Part shown: in pieces, positions 37,160 to 46,369 of the stretch | How positions within the stretch are numbered: the stretch's first letter is position 1 | Layout of the letters: each line of letters opens with the position of its first letter | DNA from: Gaiellaceae bacterium | Lineage (GTDB): Bacteria > Actinomycetota > Thermoleophilia > Gaiellales > Gaiellaceae | Reading direction: 5' to 3' | NCBI GenBank assembly: GCA_045806105.1 | Contig: JBJMJY010000002.1 | Coordinates: 2,438-66,437 of the forward strand | Length of the DNA: 64,000 bases | Notes under the pieces: model-generated | Database searches by the model: none | Told to the model about the DNA's origin: nothing | The model's input: the letters and a program-made list of their open reading frames with translations, nothing else | Translations under genes and position numbers: made by a program

Positions 37160-37315
37160 CTAGAGGAACATGACCCACTTGGAGCTGCAGCTGCAGTCCT
37201 TGTGCTTGCGGCCGCACTTCGCGCACTCCCAGTAGGTCCACCAGATCCACTTGAGGTGGTTGAGCTCGAGCACGATCAGGGCGATGCACCACAGCAGGAT
37301 CTGGGTCTGGCTCAC
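37160..37315 (-). CDS. unannotated 51-aa small membrane protein with Cys-rich tail
   Basis: Below the ORF-track length cut-off. Hand translation from GTG 37315: VSQTQILLWCIALIVLELNHLKWIWWTYWECAKCGRKHKDCSCSSKWVMFL-stop. Almost every codon ends in G/C, unlike the overlapping listed ORF 36882..37292. Confidence 0.45.
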   Translation of the reverse strand: MSQTQILLWCIALIVLELNHLKWIWWTYWECAKCGRKHKDCSCSSKWVMFL

Positions 37316-37402
37316 GGGGGAAGCCTCGGCATCGCCCGCCTCGGCGTCAATGGGCCGGTCGGCCCATCTTTGCGGCCCTCGGACCCTGCGCCGGACGGGT
37401 CG

Positions 37403-38323
37403 TCAGCCGCCGGCCTGAGCCAGCGCGAGCACGGGCCGGCGGCTCGCCGCGGCCGCCTGGAGGCGTTCGAGCACGAGCCCCACGCGCGCGTCCCCGGCGG
37501 ACGCCGTGCGGTAGGCGGCGTAGATCCGGCGCTTCGGCGGCGCCGTGCGGATCGGCCGTGCGACGAGCGAGGCCGGCAGGTCGAGCTGCGAGAGCAGCGG
37601 CACGACCGCCAGGCCGACACCCGACGCGACCAGGTGGTGCAGCGTGCGGTGGTCGACCGTCTCCGCCGCGACACGCGGCTCGAAGCCCGCCTGGAGACAC
37701 GCGCGCGTCAGGAACGGGTGGCACGAGGAGGCGCTCGTCGAGTCGACCCACGCCTCGTCGGCGAGGTCTGCCAGCTCGACCGTCGGGCTCGCCGCCGCCG
37801 GGTGCGAGCGCGGGAGGACGACGTGGATCGGGTCGTCGAGGAGCGGCACGAGCTCGACCGGGCCGGACACCCGGAGCGGGACGAAGTCGTACTCCCAGAG
37901 GATCGCGACATCCACCTCTCCCGCGCGCAACCGCGCCAGGCCGAGGCGCGGATCGATCTCGAGGATGTGCGCGCGAAGCCCGTTTCCGCGCACGGCCTTG
38001 GCGACGATCGTCGCGGCCGCGCTTGCGAACGAGGCGATGCGTACGCCCGGCTCCTCCTCGCCCGCCGCCGTGCGCGCCTCGGCCTCCGCATCGGCGAGCT
38101 GAGCCAGGATCGCCTCGGCGCGGTCGACGAGCACGCGCCCGGCGGCGGTCAGGTGGACGCTGCGCCCGCGCCGCTCGAGGAGCTCGTAGCCGAGCTCGCG
38201 CTCGAGCACGCTCACCTGCTGCGAGACGGCTGACGGCGTGAACGACAGCGCCTCGGCGGCCGCGCGGATCGTCCCGTGCAGTGCCACCTCGCGGAGCGTG
38301 CGCAGTCGGCGGAGGTCGAGCAT
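37403..38323 (-). CDS. LysR-family transcriptional regulator
   Basis: MLDLRRLRTLREVALHGTIRAAAEALSFTPSAVSQQVSVLEREL..., followed by a substrate-binding-type C-domain. Confidence 0.9.
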   Translation of the reverse strand: MLDLRRLRTLREVALHGTIRAAAEALSFTPSAVSQQVSVLERELGYELLERRGRSVHLTAAGRVLVDRAEAILAQLADAEAEARTAAGEEEPGVRIASFASAAATIVAKAVRGNGLRAHILEIDPRLGLARLRAGEVDVAILWEYDFVPLRVSGPVELVPLLDDPIHVVLPRSHPAAASPTVELADLADEAWVDSTSASSCHPFLTRACLQAGFEPRVAAETVDHRTLHHLVASGVGLAVVPLLSQLDLPASLVARPIRTAPPKRRIYAAYRTASAGDARVGLVLERLQAAAASRRPVLALAQAGG

Positions 38324-38394
38324 CAGCTCTGCTTAACGATACGGGAACGAACTTGCGCTGGTGCGGGGGCGGAGCTAGCTGGCACGGTGTACCG

Positions 38395-41300
38395 GTGACG
38401 GTTCTCCGCCGGCTCGCATTCCCGTTCTGGCTCGCCGGCGCTCGCCTGCGCCGCCGCCGCGCACCGCTGCTGCTCGTCGTGCTCGGCCTGGCCGCCGCGA
38501 GCGCGATGCTGGCCGCCGTGGCGGCGGGCACGGTCGCGGCGCAGGACCGTGAGGTCGCGCGGAAGGTCGCCGTGCTGCCGGCGAAGGTGCGCGCGGTGCG
38601 GGTCAACTGGTTCAGCGTCGGCGGGCAGGTGGCGCCGTACGCGCGCCTCGACGCGGAGGTGCGGCGACGGCTGCGGCGGGCACTACCTGCGCCGGCGACC
38701 GGGACCGCGCTCTACCGCGAGGGCCAGATCGGCGGCGCGCTGCTCGGCCTCGGCGCGGTCGACGACCTCTCGCGTTGGGTGCGGTTGCGGTCTGGCCGCG
38801 CGCCGCGCGTATGCCGGCCCGAGCGCTGCGAGGTCGTCGTGATCCGCGGCGGCGGGCGCATCTCGAACGTGCCGGGCCTGCGCCTGGTGCCGGTGGCCGA
38901 GGGCGACCTCCGTACCGCTGCGCTCTTCGGCGACGCCATTCCCGCCGCGGGGTTGAACGAGTCCGCGTTCGTCCGCAAGATCCGCCGCTACCACCGGCCG
39001 GCGCCACCGCCGCTCGTGCTCGCGAACGGCGTCGCCGGCCTCGAGCGCTCGCCGCGCCTGCACAACTCGTACCGCAGCTACGGCTGGGTGGTGCCGCTCC
39101 GGCGCGGCTCCGTCCGCTCGTGGTCCGCGGATGCCCTTGTCACGCGGATCGAGCAGGCGCGGACGGCGTTCCAGGCCTCCGGCTTCGGCTTCGAGCTGAG
39201 CGCCCCGACCGACGAGCTCCGGGCCGCGGCCGACGACGGCCGCGTCGCGGGGCGGAGGCTGCTCCTGCTGGGCGGCGAGGCGGTGGCGCTGCTGCTCGCG
39301 TTCGCGGTGCTGGTGGCGGCGCGACTGCGGCCGGACGCCGAAGCGGCGCGGAACCGCCTGCGGGCCGCCGGCGTCAGCCGCTGGCAGACCGGGCTGTTGT
39401 TCACGGCGGAATCCGTCGCCGCAGCGGTCGCGGGAACCGTGCTCGGGTGGGTGCTCGGAGCCGCAGCGGCCGCGCTGATCGCGGAGCGGACGAATGAGCC
39501 GCTCGGCGCGCTGTTGCGTCACTCGCTGCTGTCGAGCCGCGGGCTCCTGCTCGCGCTCGGGCTCGGACTGGCCGCCGCGCTCGTGCTCGTCGTGGCCCTC
39601 TCGATTCGCGGGGTGCAGATCGGCGGCCTGTCGCTCTCGGCCCTCGACGTGGCGGCGCTCGGGGCCGCGCTCGCGGTCGTGATCGCGCTCGCCCGCGGGT
39701 CGGCCGACGCATCGGAGCTCGTCGCGAGCCGCGGCACGGGGCTCGTGTTGCTCGTGATCCCCGCGCTCGTCGCCTTCGTCGCCGCGGTGCTCGTCGCGCG
39801 TCTGCTGCCGCTCTGCCTGCGCCTGCTGGAGCGCGCGGTGCCGAAGGGCGCGCTGACGCTGCGCCTCGCCGCGCTCGGGCTCGCCCGTCGGCCCGGATAC
39901 GCGGTGGTGGCAGTCGCGTTCGTCGTCGTCTCGATCGGCTTCGCGCTCTTTGCCGCCTCGTACCGCTCGACGCTTCGGTCCGGGCAGCGGGAGCAGGCGG
40001 CGTTCGCAGTCCCCGCAGACGCGGTCGTGAAGGAGGACCTCTCGCAGCTCGTCCCCGTGCGCGACGCGGTGACGCCGGACGTGGAGCGATCGCTCGGGCC
40101 GGGCGTGCGCGTGAGCCACGTCGACCGCTTCGCGGGAAGCATCGCGGGCGCTGCCGACGTGACCGGAATCACCATCCTCGGGCTGCCGCGGGCCAGCCTC
40201 GCGTCGATCGGCGGCTGGCGCAGCGACTTCGCCGTCGGCGGGCCGCAGGAGCTTGCGCGCATGCTCGACCCGCAGCGGCCGGTCGGCGTGCGCGGGCCGC
40301 GGCTGCCGGTGGACGCGAGGCGGCTGGCGCTGCCGGTCGATGTTCGCGGCACCGAGATCGGCGTCGTAGCGTTCATCCGCGCGCGCGACGGCTCGTTCGT
40401 GCCGATCCACCTCGGCCGCAGCCACGAAGGCTCGCGTGAGCTCCTCGGGGCGAGGATCCCCGCCGGCGCGAGGGGCGGCACGCTCATCGCGTTCCGCTTC
40501 GAGCCGCCGCCGAAGCTGGAAGAGCGCGGCGCCGACGCGGGTGCGCCTGCCGTCGGCACCGCCGTGTTCGGCCGGCCGCTCGTGGATGGGCAGCCGCTCA
40601 CCGACTACGGCGACTGGATCGGGACGGTGGGCGTGGCCGGGCTCGGGCGCCGCGACGGGCTGCGCTTCCGGCTGACGCTCACGAACGAGGTCGACACGTA
40701 CGTGCGGCCGCGGCAGCCGACGGACGGATTTGCGCTGCCCGCCGTCGTCTCGCCGCGGATGGCGCAGCTCGCCGGGTCGGACCGGCTGCTCGGCGTCGTC
40801 ACGAACGGCGAGCCGATCGTCTTCCGCGTCGCCGCGGTTGCCCGCCGCTTCCCGGGCGTCCTCGAGAACGAGACCTCCGACTTCGTGGTCGCGGACCGAC
40901 CGGCGCTGGAGACGGCGCTGAACGCCTCGGCCCCGGGCAGCGGCTTCCCGACGGAGCTCTGGCTCGGCGTCGACCCGTCACGCCGCGCCGCCGTGGAAGC
41001 GCGGCTCCGCAAGCCGCCCTTCACGGCGCTCTCGGCTTCGTCGCGCGCGCAGGTCGAGCGGTCGCTTCGGCACGAGCCGGTCGCCCGCGCGGCCCTCGCG
41101 ATGCTGGAGGCGGCCGCGCTGACCGCGGTCGTGCTCGCGCTGCTCGGGCTCGTGCTCGGCGCGATCTCGGAGCGACGCGACGAGGCGGCGGAGCTCTTCG
41201 ATCTCGAGGCGCAGGGCGTTGCGCCTGCGAGCCTGCGGCGGCAGCTGCGGCTCCGTGCCTCGATGGCGGGCCTGGCCGGCGCCCTTGGCGGGCTCGTCAC

Positions 41301-41511
41301 CGGGCTCGTGCTGTCGCTGCTCGTCGTCCGCTTCGTCCAGCTGACCGCGAACGCGACCGCACCGGAGCCGCCGCTCGCGCTCTCGGTCGACTGGCCCGCC
41401 CTGCTGCTCGCGGCGGCGGTGTCCGGCCTCGTCGCCGCCGGGCTGGTGGCGCTCGCCACGCGCCGTGCCTTCGGCGATCCGACGCCGGCCCGCTACGGGG
41501 AAGCGGCATGA
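38395..41511 (+). CDS. very large FtsX/MacB-type ABC permease (two FtsX-like modules with large extracytoplasmic domains)
   Basis: GTG 38395 (VTVLRRLAFPFWLAGARLRRRRAPLLLVVLGLAAASAML). Hydrophobic clusters at about residues 330-560 and 930-1030 are separated by large soluble regions. ATGA overlap with the ATPase gene. Confidence 0.75.
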   Translation: MTVLRRLAFPFWLAGARLRRRRAPLLLVVLGLAAASAMLAAVAAGTVAAQDREVARKVAVLPAKVRAVRVNWFSVGGQVAPYARLDAEVRRRLRRALPAPATGTALYREGQIGGALLGLGAVDDLSRWVRLRSGRAPRVCRPERCEVVVIRGGGRISNVPGLRLVPVAEGDLRTAALFGDAIPAAGLNESAFVRKIRRYHRPAPPPLVLANGVAGLERSPRLHNSYRSYGWVVPLRRGSVRSWSADALVTRIEQARTAFQASGFGFELSAPTDELRAAADDGRVAGRRLLLLGGEAVALLLAFAVLVAARLRPDAEAARNRLRAAGVSRWQTGLLFTAESVAAAVAGTVLGWVLGAAAAALIAERTNEPLGALLRHSLLSSRGLLLALGLGLAAALVLVVALSIRGVQIGGLSLSALDVAALGAALAVVIALARGSADASELVASRGTGLVLLVIPALVAFVAAVLVARLLPLCLRLLERAVPKGALTLRLAALGLARRPGYAVVAVAFVVVSIGFALFAASYRSTLRSGQREQAAFAVPADAVVKEDLSQLVPVRDAVTPDVERSLGPGVRVSHVDRFAGSIAGAADVTGITILGLPRASLASIGGWRSDFAVGGPQELARMLDPQRPVGVRGPRLPVDARRLALPVDVRGTEIGVVAFIRARDGSFVPIHLGRSHEGSRELLGARIPAGARGGTLIAFRFEPPPKLEERGADAGAPAVGTAVFGRPLVDGQPLTDYGDWIGTVGVAGLGRRDGLRFRLTLTNEVDTYVRPRQPTDGFALPAVVSPRMAQLAGSDRLLGVVTNGEPIVFRVAAVARRFPGVLENETSDFVVADRPALETALNASAPGSGFPTELWLGVDPSRRAAVEARLRKPPFTALSASSRAQVERSLRHEPVARAALAMLEAAALTAVVLALLGLVLGAISERRDEAAELFDLEAQGVAPASLRRQLRLRASMAGLAGALGGLVTGLVLSLLVVRFVQLTANATAPEPPLALSVDWPALLLAAAVSGLVAAGLVALATRRAFGDPTPARYGEAA

Positions 41512-43040
41512 GCGTCGCCATCGACGTTCGCGACCTGTTCCGCGTGCACTCGACGCCGGAGGGCGACGCCGCCGCGCTGCAGGGCCTGACATTGGCGATC
41601 CCCGACGGCGAGATCCTGACCGTGCTCGGCCCCAGCGGCGCAGGCAAGACGAGCTTCCTGCGCATCCTCGCCGGGCTCGACGTGCCGTCCGCGGGCACGG
41701 TGCGCGTCTTCGGCTTCGATCTGCGCACGCTCGGCGGCGACGCTCGCTCCGGCTACCGGACGCAGGTGCTCGGCTACCTCGACCAGCACTACGAGCGCGC
41801 GCTCGCGCCCGAGCTGACCGCGCGCGAGCTCGTCGGGCTGCGGCTGCGCGCGAACGGCGTCGAGCGCGAGGGGCGGGAGGCGCGCGCCGATGATTTGCTC
41901 GGGCGCGTCGGCCTCGCCGCCAAGACGGGCGCGCGCCCGGCGCAGCTCTCGGGCGGCTAGCAGCAACGGGTCGCGCTCTGCGCGGCGCTCGCGCACCGCC
42001 CGAAGCTCTTGCTCGCGGACGAGCCGACCGGCGAGCTCGACGCCGAGAGCGCGAGCCTCGTCTACGACGCGATCGGCGAGCTGGCCGCCGCCGAGGGGTG
42101 CACGGTGGTGATCGTCAGCCACGACCCCGCGTCGACGGAAGTCGCGGACCGCTTCGTCCACATTCGCGACGGCCGCGTGAGCGAGGAGACGGTCGCCGGG
42201 GAGGCGACGATCGTCGTCGGCCGCGGCGGCTGGCTGCGGCTGCCGCAGGAGTTCCTCGAGCGCGCGGGGATCGGCGACCGTGCCGCCGCCGCGCTCGAGG
42301 GCGACCGGATCGTCGTCAGCGCCGCCGGCGAGGGCCTGCGCGTGGAGGCTCCCGCGTCGCCCGCCGCCGCGCTGCCCGGCCGTCCTGTGGCGACGCTGAC
42401 GGGCGTCGTCAAGACCCACGGCAGCGGCGCTGCCGCGGCCCGCGTCTTCGCCGGCCTCGATGCGGTGTTCCAGAGCGGCCGGCTGACCGTCGTCACCGGC
42501 CCGTCCGGGTCGGGCAAGACGACGCTGCTGCACCTGCTCGCGGGGCTCGACCTGCCCGACGCCGGTGAAGTGCGCGTCGCGGGCGCCGAGGTGCAGGCAC
42601 TCGACCGGGCCGGGCGCGCCGAGCTACGGCGCCGCGAGGTCGCGCTCGTGCCGCAGCAGAGCGGCCTGGTCCCGTTCCTGAGCGCGCGCGAGAACGTCGA
42701 GCTCGGCCTCGAGATCCGCGGCCTTGGCGCCGACCCGGGCGAGGCGCTCGCGGCGGTCGGCCTCTCCGAGCGCGCGGGGCAGCGCGTCTCGCGCCTCTCG
42801 GCGGGCGAGCAGGTGCGCGTGGCGATCGCCCGCGCGCTCGCCGTGCGGCCGTCGCTGCTGCTCGTCGACGAGCCGACCGCGCGCCTCGACCAGGCCAACG
42901 CGCTCCGGCTCGCCACGCTGCTGACGACGCTCGCGCGCGAGAGCGGCACCGCCGTCGTCTGCGCCACGCACGATCCGGTCGTGATCGAGCAGGCCGACGG
43001 CCGCCTCTCCCTTGCGGCCGAGCCGGTCGCAGTAGGCTGA
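41508..43040 (+). pseudogene. tandem-NBD ABC ATPase interrupted by one in-frame TAG (41958-41960) in the first signature motif
   Basis: Same frame throughout. NBD1: GPSGAGKTSFL...[36 protein letters not shown]...IVSHD. NBD2: GPSGSGKTTLL...LSAGEQVRVAIARAL...LLLVDEPTARLD...CATHD. The ORF track splits it into 41508..41960 and 42009..43040. Confidence 0.75.
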
Positions 43041-43044
43041 GCAC

Positions 43045-44085
43045 GTGGAGGGGATCAGCCTCGAGGAGCTCCAGCTCGCGGCGCGCAACCATGGGATGCC
43101 GCTCGAGGCGCTGCGCTACCCGATCACGCCGGTCGGGCTGCACTACCTGCTGATCCACTACGACGTGCCGGTCGTCGACCCCGAGACCTGGCGCCTGACG
43201 ATCCGCGGCGAGCGCGAGCTCGTGCTGGGGCTCGAGGAGCTGCGCGCGCGCCCGGCCGCGGAGGTGACCGTGACGATGGAGTGCGCCGGCAACGGGCGCG
43301 CGACGCTCGACCCGCGGCCGGTCAGTCAGCCGTGGCTGCTGGAGGCCGTCGGCACCGCGCGGTGGGGCGGCACGCCCCTGCGGCCGCTGCTGGAGGAAGC
43401 CGGGATCGGCGGGGCCGTCGAGGTGCTCTGCACCGGCCTCGACCGCGGGGTCGAGGGCGGGGAGGAGCAGGCGTTCCAGCGGGCGCTGCCCCTCGACGAG
43501 GCGCTGCGCGACGAGGTGCTGCTCGCCTACGAGATGAACGGCGAGCCGCTGCCGCCGCAGCACGGGTTTCCGCTGCGACTGGTCGTTCCGGGCTGGTACG
43601 GCATGACGAACGTGAAGTGGCTCGAGCGGATCGAGCTCGTCGACATGCCCTTCGCCGGCTACCAGAACACGTGGTCGTACCGGCTGCGCCAGGCCGAGGA
43701 CGAGGAGGGCGTGCCGCTCGACCGGATGCAGCCGCGCTCGCTGCTGGCGCCCCCCGGAGTCCCGGAGTTCATGACGCGGGAGCGCAGCGTCGCAGCGGGC
43801 GAGGTCGTGCTGGAGGGCCGCGCCTGGTCTGGCCTCGCGCCGGTGGAGGCGGTCGAGGTCAGCACCGACGGCGGCGAGACCTGGTCACCGGCCGAGCTCG
43901 AGCCGGAAGGCGAGCCATGGGCGTGGCGTGGCTGGACGTTCCGCTGGAGCGCCGAGCCGGGCGAGCACGTCCTCTGCTGCCGAGCGCGCGACGCGACTGG
44001 CAACGAGCAGCCGCGCGAGCCCGCGTGGAACCTCGGCGGCTACGCGAACAACGCGGTGCAGGCGGTTCGCGTCACCGTCGCGTGA
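43045..44085 (+). CDS. sulfite-oxidase-family molybdopterin oxidoreductase (catalytic + dimerisation/Ig-like domain)
   Basis: [87 protein letters not shown]. Confidence 0.85.
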   Translation: MEGISLEELQLAARNHGMPLEALRYPITPVGLHYLLIHYDVPVVDPETWRLTIRGERELVLGLEELRARPAAEVTVTMECAGNGRATLDPRPVSQPWLLEAVGTARWGGTPLRPLLEEAGIGGAVEVLCTGLDRGVEGGEEQAFQRALPLDEALRDEVLLAYEMNGEPLPPQHGFPLRLVVPGWYGMTNVKWLERIELVDMPFAGYQNTWSYRLRQAEDEEGVPLDRMQPRSLLAPPGVPEFMTRERSVAAGEVVLEGRAWSGLAPVEAVEVSTDGGETWSPAELEPEGEPWAWRGWTFRWSAEPGEHVLCCRARDATGNEQPREPAWNLGGYANNAVQAVRVTVA

Positions 44086-44612
44086 CGCCCCCGCGCATCG
44101 ACGCAGTCGTCGGGGACATCACCGAGCAGCCGGTCGATGCGATCGTCAACGCCGCGAACGAGTCGCTGCTCGGTGGCGGCGGCGTGGACGGCGCGATCCA
44201 CCGCGCGGCGGGGCCCGAACTGCTGGAGGAGTGCCGCGCCCTCGGCGGCTGCCCGCCCGGCGAGGCGAAGGCGACGGCCGCATACCGCCTCCCGGCGCGG
44301 CACGTGATCCACACCGTCGGGCCCGTCTGGAGCGGCGGGACCGCCGGCGAGGCCGAGACGCTGGCGGCCTGCCACGAGAACGCAGTCGCGGTAGCCGCGG
44401 AGCTTGGGTGCGCGACGCTCGCGTTGCCCGCGATCTCGACGGGCGTGTACGGCTATCCGGTCGAGCTGGCCGCCGACGTCGCGGCTGGAGCGACCGCGCG
44501 TGCGCTCGAGGCGCAGGCGACGGTGGAGACGGTCCGCTTCGTCCTCTTCGACGAGCCGACGCACGCGGTCTACGCGGCCGCGCTGGAACGGGCGCTGCGC
44601 GCTACGCCCTGA
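44082..44612 (+). CDS. macro-domain protein (O-acetyl-ADP-ribose deacetylase-like)
   Basis: [37 protein letters not shown]...[10 protein letters not shown]...[18 protein letters not shown]-coupled start. Confidence 0.9.
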   Translation: MTPPRIDAVVGDITEQPVDAIVNAANESLLGGGGVDGAIHRAAGPELLEECRALGGCPPGEAKATAAYRLPARHVIHTVGPVWSGGTAGEAETLAACHENAVAVAAELGCATLALPAISTGVYGYPVELAADVAAGATARALEAQATVETVRFVLFDEPTHAVYAAALERALRATP

Positions 44613-44685
44613 GCGCCGTCAGCGCGACGGCGACGAACGCCAGCGCCAGCGACGCCAGTACCACGAGGCTTCCGAGACGACCCAC
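44602..44685 (-). CDS. unannotated 27-aa hydrophobic peptide with strong SD (tentative)
   Basis: GGAAGGAGGAG, then 7 nt, then GTG 44685: [27 protein letters not shown]-stop. The 3' end overlaps the macro-domain gene end by 11 nt (convergent). Confidence 0.35.
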   Translation of the reverse strand: MGRLGSLVVLASLALAFVAVALTALRA

Positions 44686-44779
44686 GACCCCACTCCTCCT
44701 TCCCGTTGCGTCCACCCTAGGCAGGGGGTCCGTCCGCGGCATCCCTCGGCCGGGGGGTTGCACGCCTTGACGCTCGGCG

Positions 44780-45649
44780 ATGGTGCTAGTACAACTAGTT
44801 TCATCTCATGACGGTCGTCGAAGCCCCGCCACAGCGGACGGCCGGGTCGTCGCCGACTGGGTCGAGCAGCAGTGTCAGGGAGCCGGCGCCTCGCGCCTCT
44901 GCATCCCACCGTGGCCCTACATGCCGTACCAGCAGCTCCGGGGCCCGGGTCAGCAGCCGAAAACAGGCGTCTTCCGGCGCGCCGGCACGGGCACGTTCCG
45001 CGGGCGCCGCGTCGTCTGGATCGAGACCGTTTACCGGCCTCAAGGACAGAAGCCATCTCTCGGCGGCGATCAAGTCGCCTACGACGCGGCCACGCACCGG
45101 CCGCTGGCGCTGCGCGCGATCGCGCGGGACGGTTGGTTCAACGGCCGGACGTTCAGCTACTACGCCCTGAAGCTGCTTCCGAACCTCCCTCCCAACGGCG
45201 TTTCCTTCGTCGTCCCGAACGGCGCCGCCGGTCGCAATCCGCCGAGCTCCTTGATCGGCATCACGGGTCATCGTCTGCCGGCAGCGCGGGCGGCGCTCGG
45301 GACGACACCGCTCTGGCTCGGCCGTTCGTTCCGCGGGCACCGTCTCCGGTCGGTCGTGGCAGGAAGGGACGGCATCGTCGCACAGGGGCTGACGGGAAAG
45401 ATGCTTCGGCCGGCTCGGTTCGCGCGGTTCGACTACGGCAGCTTCGCAGTCAAGGAGTTCGGCCAGGATCGGCCGTGGTGGTACCAGGAGGATCCGACGA
45501 CGGGCACGATCGTCCTCACGAGGTCGTTGCTTGCCTTCGCTCGTGACGGAGTGTTGGTGACGGTCGCACCGACGGGGGCGAAGTTCCGCCTCGACCGGCC
45601 AACGGCACTCGCACTCGCGAAGGCGTTGCGCCCCGTTTCCGGAGACTAG
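44780..45649 (+). CDS. hypothetical protein
   Basis: 289-aa ORF. The C-terminal two thirds look coding (FARFDYGSFAVKEFGQDRPWWYQEDPTTGTIVLTRSLLAFARDGVLVTVAP). No signal peptide and no family recognised; the start is uncertain. Confidence 0.45.
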   Translation: MVLVQLVSSHDGRRSPATADGRVVADWVEQQCQGAGASRLCIPPWPYMPYQQLRGPGQQPKTGVFRRAGTGTFRGRRVVWIETVYRPQGQKPSLGGDQVAYDAATHRPLALRAIARDGWFNGRTFSYYALKLLPNLPPNGVSFVVPNGAAGRNPPSSLIGITGHRLPAARAALGTTPLWLGRSFRGHRLRSVVAGRDGIVAQGLTGKMLRPARFARFDYGSFAVKEFGQDRPWWYQEDPTTGTIVLTRSLLAFARDGVLVTVAPTGAKFRLDRPTALALAKALRPVSGD

Positions 45650-46350
45650 CGCTCCGGCGGGCGCAGTACCGCGAACGCGTCGGTGATCTGGAGCCGGGGC
45701 GAGCGGAAGCGATAGAGCGCGGCCGGGCGCCCGCCGGCGCGGCCGGGCTCGCGGCGCTCGCCGGTCGGCTCGAGCACGCCGCGGCGCAGGAGGACGCGCT
45801 GCAGGTTCGTCGCCGACACCTGGTGCCCGAGCGCCGCGACGTACAGTTCGCGCAACTCCGAGATCGTCACCACCATCGGCGCGAGCGCGAAGGCGATGTT
45901 CGTGTACGAGAGCTTCGCGCGCAGCCGGTCGCGACCGGCGAGCACGATCGTCCGGTGGTCGAACGCGAGCTCTGGCAGGTGCGCGACCGGGTGCCACGCC
46001 GTGTCTTCCGGTACGGCCGGGTCGACGTCGGCCGGGACGAGGCCGAGGTAGGCGGTTGCCAGCTCGCGCTCGCGCGGGTTGCGGGCCGGGGCGCTGAGCG
46101 TCGCGAGCTGCTCCAGGTGCGCGAGTTCGCGCACGTCGACCTTCACGGCGAGGTGGCGCCGAATCGACTGCTCGAGCGTCTCGTCCGGCTCGAGGAAGCC
46201 GCCCGGGAGGGACCACGCGCCGAGGAACGGCTCACGCGCACGCCGCCAGAGCAGCACCTGCAGCCGCCGCTCGCGTACCTGCAACACGACCGCGAGCGCG
46301 ACGTGCGGCGAGCGCGCGCTGGTAGACTGGCGCCGAGGTTTTCGCTCCAC
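45646..46350 (-). CDS. NrtR-like Nudix-related transcriptional regulator
   Basis: Nudix fold with a degenerate box (GGFLEPDETLEQSIRRHLAVKVDV, lacking the REx2EE glutamates), then a winged-helix C-domain (ISELRELYVAALGHQVSATNLQRVLLRRGVLEPTG). Confidence 0.75.
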   Translation of the reverse strand: MERKPRRQSTSARSPHVALAVVLQVRERRLQVLLWRRAREPFLGAWSLPGGFLEPDETLEQSIRRHLAVKVDVRELAHLEQLATLSAPARNPRERELATAYLGLVPADVDPAVPEDTAWHPVAHLPELAFDHRTIVLAGRDRLRAKLSYTNIAFALAPMVVTISELRELYVAALGHQVSATNLQRVLLRRGVLEPTGERREPGRAGGRPAALYRFRSPRLQITDAFAVLRPPER

Positions 46351-46369
46351 AGTCGAAAACTACCGGAAG

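Noticed and set aside
44767-44796. TTGACG ... TAGTACAACT as a promoter for the 44780 ORF
   Set aside because: There is no hexamer fitting TANNNT at a 16-19-nt spacing, and the putative -10 would lie inside the ORF.
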